This document shows positions 1-8,561 of a DNA stretch of 64,000 nucleotides, piece by piece. The position numbers and the translations under genes are program-made. The notes below the pieces were generated by a model, which worked only from the letters and a program-made list of their open reading frames with translations, did no database searches and was not told the origin of the DNA. Location: the NCBI GenBank assembly GCA_016218155.1, contig JACREQ010000111.1:31035-95034 (forward strand). Reading direction: 5' to 3'. Position 1 is the stretch's first letter. Each line of letters opens with the position of its first letter. Origin of the DNA: Bacteroidia bacterium (GTDB lineage: Bacteria; Bacteroidota; Bacteroidia; Bacteroidales; GWA2-32-17).

Positions 1-31
1 CTGTTCCGGTAATAAATATTCTGGTTACCAC
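1..31 (-). CDS. 5' end of a beta-ketoacyl synthase-like gene that runs off the window (partial, 10 codons)
   Basis: The reverse complement reads GTG GTA ACC AGA ATA TTT ATT ACC GGA ACA = V-V-T-R-I-F-I-T-G-T, directly after the ACP stop codon. R-(I/V)-x-I-T-G-x-G is the usual N-terminus of KAS enzymes. Only 10 codons are visible. Confidence 0.3.
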   Translation of the reverse strand, partial: MVTRIFITGT

Positions 32-289
32 TTATGATTTTTGGCGATTTGTTATAAATTCTGCCATTGTTTTTACAGAATATAGAACTGTTTTTCCTTC
101 TTCAGCGGTTTGAATTTTATAACCGTATTTCTTTTCAATTAACACAATAAGTTCTAAAGCATCGATTGAGTCTAACCCCAAACCATCAATAAATAAAGGA
201 GCATTTGCATCAATATCAGAAGGTGTTATTTCTTCAAGATTTAATGCTTCAATTATTTCTACCTTAAGTTTTTCAATTAATTCGTCCAT
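32..289 (-). CDS. acyl carrier protein
   Basis: 85 aa acidic ORF with the phosphopantetheine-attachment motif GLDSIDALELI. It sits next to KS genes. Confidence 0.85.
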   Translation of the reverse strand: MDELIEKLKVEIIEALNLEEITPSDIDANAPLFIDGLGLDSIDALELIVLIEKKYGYKIQTAEEGKTVLYSVKTMAEFITNRQKS

Positions 290-304
290 AATACTTTATA
301 TTAC

Positions 305-949
305 TTAATCTAAAATAGTCTTTTTAAAATTCTCAACTGTAAAATTAATAATTCCGTTTATATTCTCAGCTGAATTATCAATGTTTTTTACCACACATAC
401 TGAAGCGTTATACTCATTATCGAGAAACTCAACCCAACCGGTTAACACAATCTTAATTCCCTGATTTATTAATAAATCGCTTATCATTGAATAGATAAAA
501 TCTGAATCAAACTCCTGAGAAATAAAAAAAGCAGTTTCCCCGAATATTTTGTGTTTAATGCAGATTTCTCCAATAACAATATTTGGTAATGTATATACAA
601 ATACTGCAGGGCTTGGAAAATAATTTGTCTTATCAATTATTGTATTCTGAAAGTTCTTATCAGTATCAAGTGAAGAAGCAGAATTCATTATTATTATACC
701 TATTTCTTCACCACTTACATTTTCTGATTTTAATTCATCGGCTAAAAACTCTGTTGCAATTATTCCAAGTTTTGAAAGGTTATCCATTTTAAAAAATTTA
801 GGATAAACCATTTCTTTACTTTTATATGCTTCTTTTATAAATTCAGAAAAAGTTAAACTGCTTTCTGATTTAAAAACAATTTCACCATTAACAAATATTT
901 TATTGTTAATTATTTTACAAAATTTTGATATGACTAGTTTCTCATTCAT
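305..949 (-). CDS. beta-ketoacyl synthase N-terminal-like protein lacking the catalytic Cys (chain-length-factor-like KS partner)
   Basis: 214 aa. It has KS-like blocks (YPKFFKMDNLSKLGIIATEFL, SPAVFVYTLPNIVIGEICIKHKIFGE) but no Cys-His-His triad. Its stop overlaps the upstream KS start by 4 nt. The arrangement is typical of aryl-polyene/flexirubin clusters. Confidence 0.6.
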   Translation of the reverse strand: MNEKLVISKFCKIINNKIFVNGEIVFKSESSLTFSEFIKEAYKSKEMVYPKFFKMDNLSKLGIIATEFLADELKSENVSGEEIGIIIMNSASSLDTDKNFQNTIIDKTNYFPSPAVFVYTLPNIVIGEICIKHKIFGETAFFISQEFDSDFIYSMISDLLINQGIKIVLTGWVEFLDNEYNASVCVVKNIDNSAENINGIINFTVENFKKTILD

Positions 950-2097
950 TTTCTTGAAAATACTGCTGCTGCATTACACCCACCAAAACCCGACGCTACT
1001 TTTAAACAGGAATCTATTTGTTTTTCTGTTGTTTTTGAATTTACATTTACTGGAACAGTAACTCCTGAGCTTTCAAAACCAATTGTTGCATGAAGTTTTC
1101 CTGTTTTAATTGAATGTATTGCAGCTATTGATTCAATAATACCAGCAGCACCAAGTGTGTGTCCAAAATATCCTTTCAATCCGACTAGTGGTATTTCAGA
1201 AAACTGCATTCTGTTAAAAGCTATAGCTTCCATTTCATCATTGAACGGTGTTGCGGTTCCATGAACAGAAATAAATCCGGGTTCCGTTTTAAGTTTACTT
1301 TTTGATTGTTCTATCGCTTTTTTCATTGCAATATAAAGACCTTCGCCTGTGCGTGATGGACCTGAAATATGATTTGCATCATTGCTAACTGAGCCTCCGC
1401 AATAAACAATATTATTCTCGTTGTTATATAGCTTATCTGACATTATAACAGTTCCGCATCCCTCGCCCAAACTTAACCCTGTACGATTTAAATCAAATGG
1501 TTTACATGGCAATGCACTTAAAGCAAGAAATGACTGAAAGCCTGAAATAACAAAGTTGGTTAAAATATCTGCACCACAAACTATAATATTTTTATATTTC
1601 CCCTGCTCAATTAATCTGGCAGCAGTTATAATTGCAACAACTCCGGATATACATGCATTTGAAACTACAATTGGAGTATTTTTAAACTTAAAATAGTTCT
1701 GAATCTGATGTGCAGCATTCCACAAGAATGATCTGTTACGTGGAATCTCTGGGCAACAACTTCCATCTAATAAATCAACATTACCTTTTGTTGTAGAAAG
1801 TATAAAAAGTGTATCATCTGATTTTACATCAATTTCAGTATTCTTTAATGCATCTGTTACTGACAATATGCACAATTTCTCAAATCTAGTATAACTAACA
1901 CCATCTGAGATTTTCTTAAATTCATTATTTAATCTTTCTGTATCTATGGCTGATGCATAAAATGGCTGGGAAGATAAATCACTCTTTTCAATAAATAAAA
2001 TTCCTGAAATTTGTTTTTCAATTGCAGTAAGGTTTTCGAGAGTATTAAAACCTAACGAAGAAATTATATTATCTGCAATGAAGTAAGCCTCTTTCAT
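946..2097 (-). CDS. beta-ketoacyl-ACP synthase (KAS I/II type)
   Basis: 383 aa. The active-site Cys lies in VVSNACISG, and the two His motifs are HGTATPFND and GHTLGAAG. Confidence 0.9.
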   Translation of the reverse strand: MKEAYFIADNIISSLGFNTLENLTAIEKQISGILFIEKSDLSSQPFYASAIDTERLNNEFKKISDGVSYTRFEKLCILSVTDALKNTEIDVKSDDTLFILSTTKGNVDLLDGSCCPEIPRNRSFLWNAAHQIQNYFKFKNTPIVVSNACISGVVAIITAARLIEQGKYKNIIVCGADILTNFVISGFQSFLALSALPCKPFDLNRTGLSLGEGCGTVIMSDKLYNNENNIVYCGGSVSNDANHISGPSRTGEGLYIAMKKAIEQSKSKLKTEPGFISVHGTATPFNDEMEAIAFNRMQFSEIPLVGLKGYFGHTLGAAGIIESIAAIHSIKTGKLHATIGFESSGVTVPVNVNSKTTEKQIDSCLKVASGFGGCNAAAVFSRK

Positions 2098-2546
2098 TAT
2101 ATATTGTTAGAAATCAATCCCACTTTCTTTTTCCAGTTAATAAAAAATTCGGGAAATGTTAAAAGTAATTCTCTGTCGGTATTTAAAAAAACCTGAATAG
2201 TTCTTGCAGTAGAAAGAACTTCTCTTGTATTTTTGTTATAAATTGTGTACTCAAAAACTAATTTTGCAGCATCGGTATCAATATATCTTGTAGAAATTAT
2301 TCCTGTATCACCATAAAAAAGCGGACGTTTAAATTTGCATTCTACAGAAACCAATGGAGTAACCATACCATTGTCAAAAAAATCCATGTAACCTAAACCA
2401 TATTTTCTTCCAAAAGCTTCACGTCCGTCTTCAAGATATTTTAAATAGTTACCATGCCAGACTACACGCATAGAATCAACCTCACTAAATCTCACAAGAA
2501 ATTCTGTCTCAACTTCAAATATTTTTGTTTTAGATATAACTGACAT
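2097..2546 (-). CDS. hotdog-fold acyl-CoA/acyl-ACP thioesterase (4HBT/YbgC-like)
   Basis: 149 aa. The N-terminal block RVRFSEVDSMRVVWHGNYLKYLEDGREAF is typical of 4HBT thioesterases. The gene overlaps the KS gene by 1 nt. Confidence 0.8.
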   Translation of the reverse strand: MSVISKTKIFEVETEFLVRFSEVDSMRVVWHGNYLKYLEDGREAFGRKYGLGYMDFFDNGMVTPLVSVECKFKRPLFYGDTGIISTRYIDTDAAKLVFEYTIYNKNTREVLSTARTIQVFLNTDRELLLTFPEFFINWKKKVGLISNNI

Positions 2547-2563
2547 TTTTTTTATTTATAGAA

Positions 2564-2571
2564 CAAAAGTA
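2564..2571 (-). promoter_or_regulatory. candidate Bacteroidota -7 box (TACTTTTG) for the thioesterase-KS-ACP operon
   Basis: The minus strand reads TACTTTTG, matching the TAnnTTTG consensus, 18 nt upstream of the ATG at 2546. Confidence 0.35.
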
Positions 2572-2620
2572 GAAATTTGTAAGAATAAAAAAGTATTTCT
2601 TTAACATGTAAAACACAACA

Positions 2621-3073
2621 TTAAAAATCTATTTGCTTAATAATCTTATCGTCTTTAAAATAAACTTCCTTCTTTTTCTTATTTTTATCGAAAAAAGTCC
2701 AGCAACCATCAGGTATTCCATTTTTATAACATGATTGCATATACTTAGTTCCATCTTCGTTATACACATTAAAAACTCCATCACTTTTTCCATTTCTGAA
2801 TGTTCCTTCACTCCATACTTTTCCATTTTCGAACCAATATGTCCATTTACCATCACGCACATTATCTTTTAAGCTACCTTCAAATTTCTTATTGCCATTT
2901 GAATAATACTCAAGCTTACTTAAAGTGTCTGATTTCCCATTTGATGTATCAACAAAACTTATTTTTGCTGGCTTGCCGTTTGAGTAAGTTGCATCAATTT
3001 TCTCAACACCTTTTCTACCACCACACGAAGAAAACGTAAAAGCAATAACAATTAAAAAAATATACTTATTCAT
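2621..3073 (-). CDS. lipoprotein with MORN-variant (YwqK-like) repeats
   Basis: 150 aa. It has a signal peptide with the lipobox FSSC. Repeated G-x-W-x-x-(Y/F)-x-x-N-G units are present (DGKWTYWFENGK, DGVFNVYNEDGT, DGCWTFFDKN). Confidence 0.7.
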   Translation of the reverse strand: MNKYIFLIVIAFTFSSCGGRKGVEKIDATYSNGKPAKISFVDTSNGKSDTLSKLEYYSNGNKKFEGSLKDNVRDGKWTYWFENGKVWSEGTFRNGKSDGVFNVYNEDGTKYMQSCYKNGIPDGCWTFFDKNKKKKEVYFKDDKIIKQIDF

Positions 3074-3121
3074 AACATTAATTAAAGTATAAAATCTGAT
3101 TTTGTTTTCTGGATAAAAATT

Positions 3122-3556
3122 CTACTTTCCCGACACGCTGTCAAGACCCTGTTGCATTTTATCAACATCGCCACCCATACTGTCAAGTGACTCGTTCATT
3201 GCATCATTTAACTCATCTTCTAATGATTTTGTATCAATGTTATTAAGTTCTTCCAACGAGTTAATTGAGTTTTCAATTTCTGAAATAGAATTCATTTCAT
3301 AGTACAATTGCCATCCCGAAACACTATTTGCAACAAATGACAAAATTAATGCTGTAATTATTAATCCTTTTTTCCCTTTTCCTTTGATTGCTATAATTAA
3401 TGCAATTATAGATAAAATTATTGCAGGTATCCCAACAAAAATTCCAATAGTTCCTAATATTGGAATAACTGAAACTAAAAGCGCAATTATTGCAATAACA
3501 AATGAAATAATTCCAAGAATTTTACCTGCATTTGATTTTTTTACTTGCTCTTCCAT
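3122..3556 (-). CDS. small membrane protein of unknown function
   Basis: 144 aa. Three very hydrophobic I/L/A-rich segments are followed by an acidic soluble tail. I recognise no family motif. Confidence 0.5.
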   Translation of the reverse strand: MEEQVKKSNAGKILGIISFVIAIIALLVSVIPILGTIGIFVGIPAIILSIIALIIAIKGKGKKGLIITALILSFVANSVSGWQLYYEMNSISEIENSINSLEELNNIDTKSLEDELNDAMNESLDSMGGDVDKMQQGLDSVSGK

Positions 3557-3561
3557 AAAAT

Positions 3562-4074
3562 TTATTTATTGTTTTTTAAAATGTTATATAAATCAGTTTC
3601 AATTGTTTTTTCGGGTGTTTCAACAATTCTTCCTATTTCCTTACCAGAAATTGTTATTACAAATGTTGGCACTTTTTCTAATTTAAGTCCTGAAATATCT
3701 AATTCACCTGCAATTTTATCAGAATCAACGCTAATTATCTTAATTGTATTTGGTGAATATCCAACCATATTCATAACTTTAAAAAACCTTGGAACCTCGC
3801 GACGACTATCGCTACACCATGTAGCCATGACAACAGTAACCTGATATTTCCCTGCAAATTGTTTCAATTGCTTTACAATATCCAAATCAGGTTTATAATC
3901 TTCAGCTTCTCGATTAAACCATTCAGAAAAAGGAGCCTCAGCAAATGCTTTTGTATTACATAATCCTATTAAAATTTCGCTTTTTGATTTTGTATCCATT
4001 TGTTTGTGATTATATTCCTGAGCAAAAATTGAAACAGAAAAAACCATAAACACTATTATCAGAATTGCATTCAT
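3562..4074 (-). CDS. secreted thioredoxin-fold protein (TlpA-like, single-Cys CxxS motif)
   Basis: 170 aa. It has an N-terminal signal peptide, the motif ATWCSDSRREVP in the thioredoxin active-site position, and VPTFVI later in the sequence. Confidence 0.7.
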   Translation of the reverse strand: MNAILIIVFMVFSVSIFAQEYNHKQMDTKSKSEILIGLCNTKAFAEAPFSEWFNREAEDYKPDLDIVKQLKQFAGKYQVTVVMATWCSDSRREVPRFFKVMNMVGYSPNTIKIISVDSDKIAGELDISGLKLEKVPTFVITISGKEIGRIVETPEKTIETDLYNILKNNK

Positions 4075-4093
4075 TTTTATTTGTTTAGTATAG

Positions 4094-4101
4094 CAAAAGT
4101 A
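4094..4101 (-). promoter_or_regulatory. candidate -7 box (TACTTTTG)
   Basis: The minus strand reads TACTTTTG, 20 nt upstream of the ATG at 4074. Confidence 0.3.
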
Positions 4102-4189
4102 GAATTTTTTCAGTAACCAACAAATTGCTCTTTACAATTTATATTCATTTAAAAGTCATATTTTCCTATTTTTACAAAAAATAAAATTT

Positions 4190-5167
4190 ATGAAACTTCA
4201 AACTCATGTTGAAATTTCTCCTTTGGTAGAAAAAATAAGTCATAAAAATAAAATACTATTAATAGGATCATGCTTTGCAGAAAACATTGGAGATAAATTA
4301 AGTCTGGCAAAATTCAACATTAACTGCAATCCTTTTGGTGTAATTTATAACCCAGTTTCAATTCAAAATAGTTTTGATATTCTTGAGAAAAAAAGATTAT
4401 TTACAAAAGAAGATCTCTTTTTTGAAAACGGTTTATGGAAAAGTTTTTACCACCATAGCAAGTTTAGTGATATTGATTTAAATTGTACTCTAAAAACAAT
4501 TAATGACAATATTATTTTTTCTCATGAATTTTTAAAAACAGCTGATTATGTTATTATTACTTTGGGAACCTCATGGATATATGAGTTTACAGAAAAAAAT
4601 ATTATAGTCTCGAATTGTCATAAAACACCTGCAGTTAATTTCAAAAGAAGGCTTTTAAGCATTGAAGAAACTATTAATTCTTTAAACTCAATAGTTAATA
4701 TTTTAAAAAGAATTAACTCTAATATTAAGATAATATTTACAGTTAGTCCGGTCAGGCATCTAAAAGATGGACACCATGCAAATACAGTAAGTAAATCATT
4801 ACTTTTTACGGCATTACAAAGCATTCAGATTAATAATGAAAATATTTTTTATTTTCCTGCGTATGAAATTTTAATGGATGAACTCCGTGATTACAGGTTT
4901 TATGCAGATGATATGATTCACCCATCATCAAAAGCAATAGAATACATTTGGGAAATATTTTCCAAATCCTACTTTAGTACCGAAACCATTGAATTAATTA
5001 AAGAAATTGAAGATTTAAAACGTGCTATGCAACATAAACCGTTTTTTAAAGAAACTGATGATTATAAAAACTTCAAATCTGCCTATTTCACAAAAGTCTG
5101 TATATTAAGCAATAAGCTTGCATTTTTAAATTTTCAACAAGAAAAAGATTTTTTTGAATGTAAATAA
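4190..5167 (+). CDS. GSCFA-domain protein
   Basis: 325 aa. The eponymous motif LIGSCFAENIG lies near the N-terminus, and the SGNH-like DDMIHPS block lies near the C-terminus. Confidence 0.8.
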   Translation: MKLQTHVEISPLVEKISHKNKILLIGSCFAENIGDKLSLAKFNINCNPFGVIYNPVSIQNSFDILEKKRLFTKEDLFFENGLWKSFYHHSKFSDIDLNCTLKTINDNIIFSHEFLKTADYVIITLGTSWIYEFTEKNIIVSNCHKTPAVNFKRRLLSIEETINSLNSIVNILKRINSNIKIIFTVSPVRHLKDGHHANTVSKSLLFTALQSIQINNENIFYFPAYEILMDELRDYRFYADDMIHPSSKAIEYIWEIFSKSYFSTETIELIKEIEDLKRAMQHKPFFKETDDYKNFKSAYFTKVCILSNKLAFLNFQQEKDFFECK

Positions 5168-5224
5168 AATGCTGTTTTTTGAAGATTAATGATTTGTTAA
5201 CCTTGACAAACGGACATTTTTTCG

Positions 5225-5232
5225 TATTTTTG
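5225..5232 (+). promoter_or_regulatory. candidate -7 box (TATTTTTG) for the alpha-glucan cluster
   Basis: TAnnTTTG match 80 nt upstream of the ATG at 5313. Confidence 0.3.
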
Positions 5233-5312
5233 TAAAATTTTAAAAACAACATTGTTTATAAGATTTTTAAAAACTAACAAACACTATTTCTCGATTTTAT
5301 TGGTACGCAGTT

Positions 5313-7262
5313 ATGGGGTACATTAAATTTGATAAGACACAACTAATAAATCTGGAATATTCGCTAAAACGCGAAGTTCTCAGATCAAATCGCGCTGGCT
5401 CATACGCATTCACTACAATTGTTGGCTGCAACACAAGAAAATACCATGCATTGCTTGCCTGTCCACTAGAGCATATTGATGGTGGAACACATGTTTTACT
5501 TTCATCACTTGATGAAACTGTAATTCAACATGGAGCTTCTTTTAATCTTGGTATTCATAAATATCCCGGTGTATACGAACCTAAAGGACATAAATACATT
5601 CGCGATTTCGATACTGATCCGGTAATGAATACTATTTACCGAATTGGGGGTGTAGTGCTTAAAAAGGAAATGTTATTAGTTACAAATGAAGAAAGAATGC
5701 TAATCAGATATACTTTGATTGATGCCCATTCTCCTACAAAATTAATGTTTAAACCTTTTTTAGCATATAGGAATATACATTCATTAAGTAAGGCAAATCT
5801 TGATGTTAACACAAAATTTACTTCTGTTCCGAATGGAGTAAAAGTAAAAATGTATACCGGCTATCCTTCACTTCACTTACAATTTTCGAAAAAACCTGAA
5901 TACGTTCCTGTTCCACACTGGTATTATAATATAGAATACCTTGAAGAACAAAACAGAGGTTATGATTTTCACGAAGATTTATATGTTCCAGGTTATTTCG
6001 AAGTTCCTATAAAAAAAGGAGAAACAATTGTTTTTTCTGCAGGAACAAGTCCAGCTGTAACTCAAACACTAAACAGACAATTTAATAAAGAACTTTCAGG
6101 TAGAATTCCTCGTGATAATTTTGAAAATTGTCTTATTAATTCTGCTCAACAATTTATAGTAAATAGAAATAAGCGAACTGAAGTTATTGCCGGCTTTCCA
6201 TGGTTTGGTCGTTGGGGCAGAGATACATTTATTTCTCTTCCTGGACTTACGCTTTCTCAAGGGGATTTAAAAACCTGCAAAGCAGTAATTGACACTATGC
6301 TGACAGAGTTAAAAGGTGGATTTTTTCCAAATGCCGGCTCTGCAGATAATCCTTGTTTTAATTCTGTGGATGCTCCACTTTGGTTCTTTTGGTCGTTACA
6401 ACAATTTTGCGAGTTTTCCCGCTGCCATAAACATGTTTGGAAAGAATATGGCAAGAAAATTAAAAAGATACTTTGTGAGTTCCGCAATGGAACAGATTTT
6501 AATATTAAAATGCATGAAAATGGTCTTTTGTGGCAAGGTGCGCCAGGATCTGCATTAACATGGATGGATGCCGTTGTTGGTGGAAAACCAGTTACTCCAC
6601 GCCGTGGCTTTGCAGTTGAAATTAATGCATTATGGTATAATGCTATAATGTTTAGCTTAACTGCAGCAAAAATAGCACAAGACAGAAAATTTGTTCTTGA
6701 ATGGATTGGAATACCTGAGCTTATTCAAAAGTCATTTTTAGAAACATTCTGGGATTCATCCAAAGGTTATCTGGCAGATTGTTGCGAATATGATAATAAA
6801 GACTGGAGTATGAGACCTAATCAGGTTTTTGCAACATCTTTACCATATTGTATTATTGAAGACGAAGAAATTAAAAAATCTATTTTGGATATTGTTAAGA
6901 AAGAATTGTTAACACCAAAAGGATTACGCACACTTTCTCCAAAAGATTCTAATTATGTTGGAATTTATCAGGGAGACCAGAACCACCGCGACAGTTCTTA
7001 CCATCAGGGAACAGTCTGGCCCTGGTTGTTAGGACATTTTGCCGAGGGATATTTACGTATTCACGGAAGCGCAGGAGTTGGATTTATAGAAAAAATATAT
7101 AAAGGATTTGAAGAAGATATGGTAATTCATGGCATTGGCTCTATAAGCGAAATTTATGATGGCGACCCACCTCATCATCCAAATGGAACAGTTTCGCAAG
7201 CATGGAGTGTTGCAGAATTATTAAGAATAAAAATGATGATTGATCAGTTTAAAGAGGAATAA
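5313..7262 (+). CDS. glycogen debranching enzyme (amylo-alpha-1,6-glucosidase family)
   Basis: 649 aa. The N-terminal block NTRKYHALL is typical of bacterial GDE N-domains. C-terminal (alpha/alpha)6 blocks are GFPWFGRWGRDTFISLPG, YHQGTVWPWLLG and SQAWSVAE. Confidence 0.85.
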   Translation: MGYIKFDKTQLINLEYSLKREVLRSNRAGSYAFTTIVGCNTRKYHALLACPLEHIDGGTHVLLSSLDETVIQHGASFNLGIHKYPGVYEPKGHKYIRDFDTDPVMNTIYRIGGVVLKKEMLLVTNEERMLIRYTLIDAHSPTKLMFKPFLAYRNIHSLSKANLDVNTKFTSVPNGVKVKMYTGYPSLHLQFSKKPEYVPVPHWYYNIEYLEEQNRGYDFHEDLYVPGYFEVPIKKGETIVFSAGTSPAVTQTLNRQFNKELSGRIPRDNFENCLINSAQQFIVNRNKRTEVIAGFPWFGRWGRDTFISLPGLTLSQGDLKTCKAVIDTMLTELKGGFFPNAGSADNPCFNSVDAPLWFFWSLQQFCEFSRCHKHVWKEYGKKIKKILCEFRNGTDFNIKMHENGLLWQGAPGSALTWMDAVVGGKPVTPRRGFAVEINALWYNAIMFSLTAAKIAQDRKFVLEWIGIPELIQKSFLETFWDSSKGYLADCCEYDNKDWSMRPNQVFATSLPYCIIEDEEIKKSILDIVKKELLTPKGLRTLSPKDSNYVGIYQGDQNHRDSSYHQGTVWPWLLGHFAEGYLRIHGSAGVGFIEKIYKGFEEDMVIHGIGSISEIYDGDPPHHPNGTVSQAWSVAELLRIKMMIDQFKEE

Positions 7263-7266
7263 GAAA

Positions 7267-8556
7267 ATGAAAGTGTTAATGTTTGGTTGGGAGTTTCCTC
7301 CGCATATTACAGGCGGACTTGGAACAGCTTGTTACGGGCTCGTTAAGGGGCTTGCCAAACACGGACTTGATGTTGTTTTTGTTGTTCCAAGATTATTTGG
7401 TGATGAAGATAATCGCTCAGCATTTCTTCTTGATGCAGGTGAAGTCGAAATTAATGAAAGAAATTTTTCCTATGACGAATACTGGAAAAATATTAAATAC
7501 TATGAAATTGGGTCTAACTTAATTCCATATGTCACTCCTCAGGATTTCAAACGAATGATTCAGGAAAGCAAACTTGAAAACATTACTTCCAGTGAAAATA
7601 TTTTCAGAGCAAAATATAAATTTTCCGGTAAATACGGACAGGATTTATACGAAGAAGTTAGCAGATATGCTTTAGTTGCTTCTGTTTTAGCCAAAGAAAA
7701 TCAGCACGATGTTATACATGCACACGATTGGTTAACTTATCCCGCAGGAATTGCAGCTAAAAAAGCTTCCGGTAAACCATTGGTTATTCATGTTCACGCA
7801 ACTGAATTCGACAGAAGCGGTGAAAATGTGAATCAATATGTTTTTGATATTGAAAAAAAGGGGATGGAAATTGCTGACAGGGTTATTACTGTAAGCCACC
7901 TTACAAGAAATATTGTTATAGAACGCTATGGAATAAACCCTGATAAAGTGGTAACAGTACATAATGCTGTTGAAAATTTAGGGAGTAATGACATAACTCA
8001 GAATAAAGGATTTCCAGAGAAATTAGTTACTTTCCTTGGTCGTATAACATATCAAAAAGGACCTGATTATTTTGTTGAAGCAGCAAATATGGTACTTCAA
8101 AAAGACAGTAACGTACGATTTGTTATGGCAGGAAGTGGAGATATGCTTTACAGAATGATACGCCGTGTTGGTCAACTCGGAATAAGTAACCGTTTTCAGT
8201 TTGCAGGTTTCTTAAAAGGCGAAGATGTTGACAGATTATTTTCAATAAGTGATGTTTATGTAATGCCATCAGTTTCGGAGCCGTTTGGAATTTCTCCACT
8301 TGAAGCAATGAGATCAAGTGTACCAGTAATTATTTCTAAACAATCCGGAGTTGCAGAAGTTTTAAAATATGCTGTAAAAGTTGATTTTTGGGATGTTGAT
8401 GCATTATCTGATGCTATTTACGGTTTGTTAAAATATCAGGGACTTTCAAAAATGTTCCGTAATCATGGTCGTGAAGAAGTTGATAATTTAAAGTGGGATA
8501 ACTCGGCCAGAAATGTAAAAAAAGTATATGAATCAGTTGCAGGAACTCTAAACTAA
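7267..8556 (+). CDS. GT4/GT5-like glycosyltransferase (alpha-glucan/glycogen synthase candidate)
   Basis: N-terminal block MKVLMFGWEFPPHITGGLG, plus the C-terminal GT-B block PSVSEPFGISPLEAMRSSVPVI. I chose the ATG at 7267 over the ORF-track start at 7240, which would overlap the upstream stop. Confidence 0.85.
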   Translation: MKVLMFGWEFPPHITGGLGTACYGLVKGLAKHGLDVVFVVPRLFGDEDNRSAFLLDAGEVEINERNFSYDEYWKNIKYYEIGSNLIPYVTPQDFKRMIQESKLENITSSENIFRAKYKFSGKYGQDLYEEVSRYALVASVLAKENQHDVIHAHDWLTYPAGIAAKKASGKPLVIHVHATEFDRSGENVNQYVFDIEKKGMEIADRVITVSHLTRNIVIERYGINPDKVVTVHNAVENLGSNDITQNKGFPEKLVTFLGRITYQKGPDYFVEAANMVLQKDSNVRFVMAGSGDMLYRMIRRVGQLGISNRFQFAGFLKGEDVDRLFSISDVYVMPSVSEPFGISPLEAMRSSVPVIISKQSGVAEVLKYAVKVDFWDVDALSDAIYGLLKYQGLSKMFRNHGREEVDNLKWDNSARNVKKVYESVAGTLN

Positions 8557-8561
8557 TTATA

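Noticed and set aside
583-792. 69-aa plus-strand ORF inside the KS-like gene
   Set aside because: It lies entirely antisense to a better-supported 214-aa gene. Its composition is low-complexity L/Q/Y-rich with no motif. Such ORFs are typical artefacts of AT-rich DNA.
2629-3039. ORFs 2629-2862 (-) and 2800-3039 (+) overlapping the MORN-variant lipoprotein gene
   Set aside because: They are alternative frames of a gene that has a clear signal peptide, lipobox and repeat structure. Neither has features of its own.
2621-3073. YwqK-like protein as the antitoxin of a toxin-antitoxin pair
   Set aside because: The COG name suggests an antitoxin. However, this is a signal-peptide lipoprotein with no adjacent toxin-like (deaminase or nuclease) gene, so a TA or defence role is unsupported.
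3384-3844. Plus-strand ORFs 3384-3686 and 3545-3844
   Set aside because: They are antisense to the membrane-protein and thioredoxin-like genes. Their I/L-rich translations simply mirror hydrophobic codons on the other strand.
7240-7266. Upstream start (MISLKRNKK...) for the GT4 gene
   Set aside because: It would overlap the debranching-enzyme stop by 23 nt. The family N-terminus begins at MKVLMFGWEFPP (7267).
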